Assembly (NCBI GenBank): GCA_951406725.2
Contig: OX597822.1
Span: forward strand, 104,842,001 to 104,906,000
Length of the DNA: 64,000 bases
DNA from: Octopus vulgaris
Taxonomy: Eukaryota
Direction of reading: 5' to 3'
In this document: piece by piece, positions 54,956 through 64,000 of the stretch
Layout: every line of letters starts with the position of its first letter
How positions within the stretch are numbered: position 1 is the first letter of the stretch
The notes under the pieces: model-generated
Databases searched by the model: none
What the model saw: the letters and a program-made list of their open reading frames with translations, nothing else
Told to the model about the DNA's origin: nothing
Position numbers and translations under genes: made by a program

Positions 54956-55543
54956 GTGCGTTTTTCTGTGTCTGTATACTCGCAACGAATTGTGTGACAT
55001 TCTAAAGCTGATATAAAAATATAAGAAATTCTCATGTGAAGGTGGTTATTATATATAAACAGGTAGAAAGTTATAACCGTGTACGCATTCAAATGAGATC
55101 GATTGTACAACTGCACGCACGCGAGCACATGCTACGTTACGCGTACATACTCCCATATGTACACGTAACGTACGCGCATACACATGGTCACACACACTCA
55201 CACACAAACACACGCTACACAAATGTGTACTCACACACACACACCTTTACTTTTAGTGACGCAACTCTCTGTAGTATGTGACATATGAAAAGTAAAATCT
55301 TGAAATATACATATATATATATTTTACTCCATTCTTTGACTTTGAATCTACTTATTCATAGCTCGCGATATAAGCACTTTATATATATGTAGTAGCTCAA
55401 ATACAACTGATGGAACGGTTCTCTGGATGTCATTATGACGTCATAGATTGGACAGTCATTTTACACGCTGTTTTCACCCTCCTCTGATACATGTATGCAT
55501 TCATATATATAAACATGCACACATTCGTACAGCTGTATATATG

Positions 55544-55632
<89 letters not shown>

Positions 55633-55744
55633 GTATCTCTCTATCTATGTATGTATCTATCTATGTATGTATGAATATATGCATGTATAGATATATATAT
55701 ATATATGTAAATATTTATAAATGTATGAATATGTTTGCATGTAA

Positions 55745-55770
<26 letters not shown>

Positions 55771-55775
<5 letters not shown>

Positions 55776-55987
55776 ATTTTTCGGAATGGTCATTTTGCCA
55801 GTTTAGTTAATAAAAACACACGCACTATATATTTGGTGTTACTTTGCTTCAGTGTTATTTATTTTTTACATTAATCTTAATCTTATTTCGACCAGAGTTC
55901 CTTCGTCACACTTCTGTGACCGCATCAGTGGCCCTTTGTTTTCTTCTCACTTATTTGTGTCTCTCCTTACTAACCGTCAGCCATTTT
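55771..55987 (-). mobile_element. Penelope-like end with a degenerate hammerhead, flanked by about 120-bp direct repeats
   Basis: Minus 55890-55933: GCCA, CUGAUGC, G GUCAC..GUGAC, GAAGGAACU, C, UGGU; flanks 55648-55770 and 55987-56110 duplicated. Confidence 0.6.
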
Positions 55988-56083
55988 GTATGTATCTATG
56001 TATGTATGTATGAATATATGCATGTATAGATATATATATATATATATATATGTAAATATTTATAAATGTATGAATGTTTGCAT

Positions 56084-56119
<36 letters not shown>

Positions 56120-56122
<3 letters not shown>

Positions 56123-57400
56123 AGGGTGAAAAGGAACACACGAGTTGATATATATGAAAAAACAAGTCAAGATAGAAAATGCTAAAATAATTTTATAAAG
56201 AACATTTCAGTACCGGTTTCGGTCATTTTGAGACCTTTTTTAACAGTAACGATTACATAATTGAATTTAGAAAAATTAAAAGAAAAGTTTTTTTAAAGGA
56301 ATATTTGTACAGTGTTTAAATATAAGTGGCATTTTCCTTGTTTCTGCCTTTCTCTGTCTCTCTTGTTTACACTTGTGGGTTTGAGGTCGTTGTGAATTCT
56401 TGGTAGGGTAGAAGAAGAAGAATAAGAAGAAGAAGGATGATGAGGAGAAGGGGTGGGAAAATTTGGGAGTGCCTTGATTGTCGTATTTTGAATGGTCAGT
56501 GGCGACTAGCAGTTGAAGTTCAATTCATGAGAATATTTCTATTGAAAGGTTTGTTTATATAATTTGCGTAGGTGTTATACTAAAAAGCATTAGTGATAAA
56601 GTTAAGAAGTAGAAGGTGGAGCAGAAGAAGAAGAAGATAATGATGATGATGATGACGATGTTGATGAAGAAGGAGAAAGAGAAGAAGAAGATGATGATGG
56701 TGATGATGATGACGATGATGATGATGATGATGATGATAATGATGAGGAAGAGAAGAAAGAGAAGGGAGAATATGAATGAGTGGAAGTAGTGAGGTGTTGT
56801 ATGACTTGAAGTTGGCACGTTATGGGTTATAGCTGTGATTGGGGCTGATTTGTAATGGATTCTTTGGAATGTAATATATGCGTGTGTATTTGTGTTATTC
56901 TAAAGCTGAGGTGTATATATCGTTTGTCGTAGAACCGTTAAGAAGTGGCCTGTATTTTGTAATAAAGAGAATTTCTTTACTTATTCGTTGCCTCGAGGTT
57001 GTATCGTCCCTGAATTGGTAGAGCGGGGAAAATCCTGAAGCTTGGTGTTTTGTTGTTGGCGCAACTATCTATGTGTTGGCTGAATGCTATTTTTCTGTTT
57101 TGTGGAATTTTTATCTGAATGTCCATATACCAGTTTCTTGTTTCAGCAAAATTCAAAATAAGCAATAATTTTCTATCGCCCTTTATCTTGTCCACCCGCT
57201 TCCTTCTACAGTTTCTATTTCACTGTTTTAGAATAGGTGGTTGAACGAACACATTGGTCAGTTCATTACTTCAATGCCCGCATTTAAGGACAGTGTGAAA
57301 AATTGATCTCTTGTAAACGTATAAAATGTCAATTGTTATTTACTTTTTTCATTTCTACTAAATTCTATAGCCTTTTCCATAACATACTGTGTCCTCAACA
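56120..57400 (-). mobile_element. Penelope-like relic (GIY-YIG C-terminus and 3' terminal region with a hammerhead-like motif)
   Basis: Minus SQHIDSCANNKTPSFRIFP..KEILFITKYRPLLN; GGUC..GACC GAA ACCGGU A at 56208-56246. Confidence 0.6.
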
Positions 57401-57990
57401 AACTGAATGATTGCATATGTTTATCAAACCATGAAGTAAAAGTGCTTGGTGTTAAAATGATCATTTACCGGAGCTGCAAAACAGTTGTTCTATTGTTTAT
57501 GTAAACGTATAGATATCACACGACTATAAATCATGTAAAATCATATAAAAGTGTATAAAAGCGAAACAAACCTATTCTGAATTCATTTAAAAAGTGAAAT
57601 GAAACGTTTCTATGTCCATTATTTAACGTACTGTGTCTTTCATACTCTTGCAAAATATATTAATTTCAACTACAATATAATTGAACAAATTATAATACCA
57701 TTGACAGGAAGCCAACATATCTCAGTTAAAGCAGCGTTAGATTGAACAAGTAAGAACCCATGCTTCAGTCACGACTTTCGGTATCTTGATGAGACGCTGT
57801 TTTGTACCGGAAGTTATTACAAGTGGAAATTACATCAGTGCATTTTTCTTAGGTATCGTGTATGATAAACGGGTGGAAATTTTCAGTCATCAACTCACAC
57901 ATATCGACGCATACTCATTATTATAAGATATATACTTACAGACAGACAGACAGACAGACATATGTGTGTAAGTATACACACGCGCATGTT

Positions 57991-58238
57991 GGAGGCGCGT
58001 GGCATAGTGGTTAGGCTGTCAGCACCATGATCGTAAGATCGTGGTTTCGGTTTCTGGACCGTGCGAGGCGTTGTGTTCTTGAGCAAAACACTTCATTTCA
58101 CATTGATCCAGTCCATTCAGCTGGCAAAAATGAGTAACGCTGCGATGGACTTGGCGTCCCATCCAGCTGGGGAGCACATGCGCCATAGAAACCGGGAAAC
58201 CGGGCCCATGAGCCTGGCTAGGCTTTAAAAGGGTGCAT
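57991..58238 (+). mobile_element. tRNA-derived SINE (CORE-like centre, family C tail)
   Basis: Near-identical to 62518-62765; tail shared with 6162-6466. Confidence 0.8.
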
Positions 58239-58477
58239 TTTTTTACATACACACGCGCATATATTAATCTTTCTTTTTCAATTCAAAATTAAACTTAAGA
58301 ATTACTCAATATTTTGTAAGAACAAGTTGAGAGTTAATTCAAAGCTTCGGGTTACTCGCCTCTACACACTCACACACAAATACATACACACACACACACA
58401 CAAACACGCACAAGCGCGACCACACAATATAAACTATACAAACATACACACACACACACACAGATACACATGGGATG

Positions 58478-58861
58478 ATGGAAGCACTCTGTCGGTTACG
58501 ACGATGAGGGTTCCGGTTGATCCGAATCAACGGAACAGCCTGCTCGTGAAATTAACGTGTAAGTGGCTGAGCACTCCACAGACACGTGTACCCTTAACGT
58601 AGTTCACACGGAGATTCAGCGTGACACAGAGAGTGACAAGGCCGGCCCCTTGAAATACACGTACAACAGAAACAGGAAGTAAGAGTGAGAGAAAGTTGTG
58701 GTGAAAGAGTACAGCAGGGATCACCACCATCCCCTGCCAGAGCCTGGTGGAGCTTTAGGTGTTTTCGCTCAATAAACACTCACAACGCCCGGTCTGGGAA
58801 TCGAAACCGCGATCCTATGACCGCGAGTCCGCTGCCCTAACCACTGGGCCATTGCGCCTCC
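58478..58861 (-). mobile_element. SINE family C with a third tail type
   Basis: Head ggaggcgcaatggcccagtggttagggcagcggactcgcgg on the minus strand. Confidence 0.85.
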
Positions 58862-59017
58862 ACAGAGATACACATATAGACACGGACATAGACACGCACA
58901 CACACCTTTTACAATTTTCCATATTCACATCTCTTGAACCGTCTGAAGACGCATTATAAGCAGAAATTTCGCAGTCCAACCTTTCCTCGTAAAACTTAGT
59001 GTATTCGTGCGTGTTGT

Positions 59018-59059
<42 letters not shown>

Positions 59060-59465
59060 CGATGGATGTATGTATGCATATATGTTTTGTGCTATAACTT
59101 TATCAAAACGACTTGTGATAGAAAAAATTTATTTGAACGTCAAGTTTTAGTATACTCATTATTTTGAAAAGTTATGTGGTTTTTGATTGCTGTTTAATGT
59201 AATTTTGTAGGTATAAAACCTTCAGATCAATCAAGCCGCCAATACAATAAAATTTATTTGTAGATTTTTTTAGATTATATTAAAACCATATAAAATTTAG
59301 AAAGCAAAGATTTACAATACGATGCTTAAATATATACATGAGGTATAGAAAATGACCTGTCACGTAGAGATAATACCATTGACATCTGGCACAGAGAATG
59401 TTGCAAAAGTGTTGTTATTACTCATCCTACACTGTGTAGTCACGTGAAAAATTAAACGCGACCAA

Positions 59466-60032
59466 TATATGTCCGGAAAGTTCGTGCTGATTTTTAAAGG
59501 AAAGAGGATGGTCAATAAATACTTGCCATTACATTTTTAATCGACCAAAAAAAGAACCATTTTGTTGCACAATGCGTCTCCATCTCACCTTTAACTTGAA
59601 AATACCCTCTTCCCAGAATTGAGGTGGTTTCATGGCAAAGAATTAATCAAGGTATCTTTTTATGTCCTCCAAGGAATTGAAATGTTTACCATTAAGACTA
59701 TTCTGCAGAGACCTGAGTAAGTGGAAATCCGAAGGAGCAATATCTGGTGAATATGCAGGATGGGGTAACACATCCCAGCCGAGCTGCATCAATTTTTGTC
59801 TGGTTCCCAAAGCATCAAGTGCCGATAATGAACTTTCTTATCTTCCATTTTAAAGGGTTACAGAATTAATACAGGTTATAGGAACATAAACCTTCTTCCA
59901 CCAAAAAATAGCTTAAACAGTGCTCTAAATGGAGGTGTAGTCAAATCCTATTTTATGGACTCAACCATGTTCTAAAATAAGTCGAAAGGTGAGCTACTAT
60001 AAATCGGCACGAACTTTCCGGACAACCCAATA
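59466..60032 (-). mobile_element. Non-autonomous mariner derivative
   Basis: TIRs tgtccggaaagttcgtgctgattt / aaatcggcacgaactttccggaca; minus LGWDVLPHPAYSPDIAPSDFHLLRSLQNSLNGKHF...GIFKLKVRWRRIV. Confidence 0.92.
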
Positions 60033-60544
60033 CAAATTATGTATTTATAGATTGTCTTGTAGAGTTGCTGGATTACTAACAAAAAGCCAGTACGAAAGAA
60101 TGGACAAAAGACAAATTAATATTGAAATGAGATATCATGATATTGATGATTGATTAATTATCAGTTATGTGTGGCAATTAATTCACAAAACTGTTCTTTA
60201 TAGATTTATCTCTTATTATTTTTATAGAAAAATATTTGTAAGGAAATGATGTTTTTATTTTTATTTTACAAAACAAATTAATGTTTATTTAAAATATTTC
60301 TACTCAAAGATATATCTATGATCTAAGAAAAGAGAAAGAAGTTTTGATAACAAAAGTTTTGATACCAAACAAAAAAAAAAACTAAAAGTAAAAACATAAA
60401 AGATAAATAAAATATTAAGATTCGTTGTGTAAAATCACATATATGTGGCTTTGTAACACGCCCATCATCCCCGTCTTAATCATCGTCATCATCAGTATCA
60501 TCATCCTCAACATCCACTTCTTCCTATGGCTGTTGCTGCTGCTG

Positions 60545-60590
<46 letters not shown>

Positions 60591-60867
60591 CCATCATCAT
60601 CATCATCATCATCACCATTGTAACGTTCACAATTCCACGCTTGCATGGTAGATATGAGATGCGTTGAAGCAGATTTTCTACAGCCGGAGGCAGTTACTTT
60701 TGCCAACATCCATTTGTATCCGATCAAAGGAATATTTCCCCATCACATACTTTATGAAAACGAGAAACAAAAACACCGCATGCATGACGGTCACGCTCGT
60801 TTTAAAGATATCGGGCGGTGTGGAGATAGGGAGACGCAAACAGACACACATATACCTATGCTTACAC

Positions 60868-60917
<50 letters not shown>

Positions 60918-61231
60918 CACACATATGTATATATGTATGTATATGTATATATATATATATGTATATATATACACACATATGTATATCAGATATTGTGTAC
61001 ATTAAAACACATTAAGAGGCTTCCATCATAGGAAAGGCTTGCGCTAGAAAGAACAGTTAAAAATTCAAACCACTAATTAGAGATAAATTCTCGAGGGGAA
61101 TGAAAACTAAAAATATTTGCCATCTAATTTTCATTCCCATTCCAGAATTGATCCCTAATACTTTCTATGGTCTTGAACGAGAAATGGTTCAGTAATATAA
61201 GGGTTCAGTAAAATAAAGCCGTAATCATGTG

Positions 61232-61510
61232 CTATGGACACGCATGTGTCTCTTGAGGTTTGCTGGTGCCTTGCAAACCTTTTGGCTAATGGAACAAGTT
61301 GGGGACCCAGTTTGCTCGGGTGCTTGTGGATCATTAACTACAAAACCGCAACGGCAGGTAAGCTTTCTATTTTGAGCAGTGGCGTTTTGGCAACGTGGCT
61401 TCGTGCTTGTGCGCAGTTGGCCCCGATGTTGGCGTCAACTTTGCTCAAATCTTTGAACTGAGGAGAAGCATGACTAGCGCCAGAGCCTGCATTCCAATGC
61501 TTTGTTTCCC
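61232..61510 (-). mobile_element. RTE-type LINE 3' remnant with a terminal zinc finger
   Basis: Minus PTCSISQKVCKAPANLKRHMRVHS; GC-richer island. Confidence 0.55.
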
Positions 61511-62517
61511 CAGGATGAATATGTACAGATCCATGTATAATTTTCTTTACTTCAGCCTACATGAGCGACGAGAATAATGATAGTTTTTGAGGTGGGTCTT
61601 GGTTAGGATGGAAATAAAAAACCCGGCTGAACTGTGTCTGTTCTGGAAACGGGCCTGTATGTATGTATGTATGTATGTATGTAACTATGTATGTATGTAT
61701 GTATGTATGTATGTATGTATGTATGTATGTATGTATGTATGTATCTATGTATGTATGTATGTATCTATGTACGTATGTATGTATGTATGTATGTATGCAT
61801 TCATGTATGTATGTATGCATGCATGTATGTATGTAACTATGTATTATGTATATATATATGTGTGTATGCATGTATATTTACATGTACGTACGTACCTACG
61901 TATGCCTGTGTATATACGTTTGTTCGTATGTATCTGTGTATGCGTGCATGTATTCATATATCTATGTATCCCTGCATGCACGTGTTGTATCTTTTACGCA
62001 AATGATCTTTTCGTTATGGGATTAGGTTTACATTTGTTTCTCGTGTTATGAGATTAGGCTCGAAAGCGAAACCTGTTAACCGTGTTTGCCTGATATTTTG
62101 AAATATGTTTGACATATGTATATGAATTGTCTATTTTCACATTTTTCTTTGTTGCGTCTTCTATTTCTTGAGCATATACGGATAACCTGATGTACGGTGC
62201 ATTAAGTAGGATTGCTTATAAAGCCAAAATTTAACAAGTCGCTCGACTTAATACCAACCACCTAACACTTGGCGTAGTCCACTCTGTTGCAATTCTTCGG
62301 CTCAGGATTTTTTTCGATTTCAAGATTCGTCCTTCTGCCACACTTTTCTAATTAAAATGGTAAAAAGTTAACTGTCTGTCATGTTGCCGAAGATTAGTAT
62401 TATAGTCATGATAGTTTATTACCAGTTCTATTTTGAGCATTGAAATGACAGCAGAGCGCAAATGGATTTAGAATATTGTTGCATTATTTTGTTTCTTGTA
62501 AGATTGATATATCATGT

Positions 62518-62765
62518 GGATGCGCGTGGATTAGTGGTTTGGGTGTCAGCACCATGATCGTAAGATCGTGGTTTCGATTCCTGGACCGGGCGACGCATTG
62601 TGTTCTTGAGCAAAACACATCATTTCACTTTGCTCCAGTTCACTCATTTGGCAAAAATGAGTAACGCTGCGATGGAGAGGCGCCCTGTCCAACTAGGGAA
62701 CAAATACGCCATAGAAACCGGGGAACAGGGCCCATGAGCCTGGCTAAGCTTTAAAAGGGCGCATT
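62518..62765 (+). mobile_element. tRNA-derived SINE (as 57991)
   Basis: Direct similarity to 57991-58238. Confidence 0.8.
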
Positions 62766-63274
62766 AAAGATCAAATTATATGATTGATATATGTAGTGTT
62801 TTTATTGGTAGCTACACTGCAGGATAAGGTTGCGGCACTTGCTTTTGTTCCTACTGTTATTTTTTTTTAATTGTTGGGTTCAACGAAGACACCCAAGCGG
62901 CATCTCTATACAGTGGTGTTTCGCTAGTGTTTGTACCTGAGGATATAAAGAGCAGGATTGGTTACACTGCCCTTATTAGATACATGTAGGTGGCAATGCT
63001 ATGATATGTTGCTATTTTCTTAATTATACAGGACACAACTGAGAAACTTGCGTTTTTTAGCCGATGAGTGATGTGGTATTAATGAAGTTAGGCAGGTTAT
63101 ATCGGTATCCCATTTAGCTAATGTTTTTATTGTATTTAGTAATTACCACTGCGATATAAACAGTTGTACATCGTTCGCTTGTTGCTTAAACAACGTTTAA
63201 CAAGTTGATGACTGGGTTGGGGGGCATACTCTGTATATCTAGTCCCAAGGAGTGAGCAGCGTTGTTGATTTAAA

Positions 63275-63506
63275 GGGGGCGAGCTGGCAGAATCGTTAGC
63301 ACGCCGGGTGAAATGCTTAGCGGTATTTCGTCTGCCGCTACGTTCTGAGTTCAAATTCCGCCAAGGTCGACTTTGCCTTTAACCCTTTCGGAGTCGATTA
63401 AATAAGTACCAGTTATGCACTGGGGTCGATATAAACGGCTTAATCCGTTTGTCTGTCCTTGTTTCTCCCCTCTGTGTTTAGCCCCTTGTGGGCAGTGAAG
63501 AAATAA
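63275..63506 (+). mobile_element. SINE family A with TSD c(g/a)ttgttgattta
   Basis: Full copy. Confidence 0.88.
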
Positions 63507-63689
63507 GGATCATTGTTGATTTATTACGTATAACATATAGCAACAGATGTAGGAAATTTTATCTTTGTGGATGACATCTCTCTCTTTCTTTCTTTCTCTC
63601 TCTCTCTCTTTTTCACTCTCTCTTTCTTTCTCTCTTTTTCTCTCTGACTTTATCTGTCTCTGTCTGTCCGTTTGTCCTTCGCTCTGTAA

Positions 63690-63890
63690 AGCCGACCAGG
63701 TCCACCTCAATGTGATGTCGAGCTTCGGGAGAGCATCCAAACATCTTGTGCGGGGCTTGCCTCGGGATCCCTTCGAGCCGGCAGCAGCTGCGGCGTACGG
63801 CCCTTGTAGGATGATCTGGTGGAAGGCAGAGGAGGATATGTCCGTGCCGGCGCATGCGGAGAATGGCTCTGAGCCGTGAGGCAGCGCGTA
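63690..63890 (-). mobile_element. RTE-like RT C-terminal remnant
   Basis: Minus LRMRRHGHILLCLPPDHPTRAV and KGSRGKPRTRCLD match the LRWxGHxxR..GxRPRGRPRxRWxD pattern. Confidence 0.65.
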
Positions 63891-64000
63891 CCCACGAAGA
63901 ATGTCGTTGGAAATGTAATGGTATAATAAATTTGGTTATAATAATCATAAATGTCGTATGTAATGATGAAAAGATAATGTGTTGTATTTGTAGTTGGAAT

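Noticed and set aside
58940-58980. CUGAAGA-CGC..GCA-GAAA hammerhead-like motif (a similarly weak one near 39645-39685)
   Set aside because: Stem I is absent and stem II/III are mismatched; too degenerate to call

Overview
AT-rich eukaryotic (animal) repeat-dominated DNA with abundant (TA)n, (CA)n, (TATC)n and (ATT)n microsatellites. The repeat spectrum and C2H2 zinc-finger debris suggest a cephalopod/octopus genome (inference, not verified). No intact host gene is supported, and most listed ORFs are microsatellite artefacts. The only long ORF is the APE-endonuclease/RT ORF2 of a near-intact CR1-group LINE (~16170-19434). Other elements: a decayed C2H2 zinc-finger pseudogene, two mariner relics, a Helitron relic carrying a Dong/R4 insertion, Penelope (GIY-YIG/RT) relics, RTE 3' ends, a MITE pair with 6-bp TSDs and internal telomere-like repeats, a tRNA-Gln pseudogene and many copies of three to four SINE families. 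The main hunt result is a set of more than ten short, mostly (TA)n-anchored and often fold-back elements carrying minimal type-I hammerhead ribozyme folds, probably Penelope-like pseudo-LTR ends. They have palindromic stem III sequences and three different pairings at core positions 3:8 (C:G, U:A, G:C), and two sit between long target duplications. The LINE 3' end also shares a motif and hairpin with one SINE family. All folds were read by eye and none has been computed or tested.
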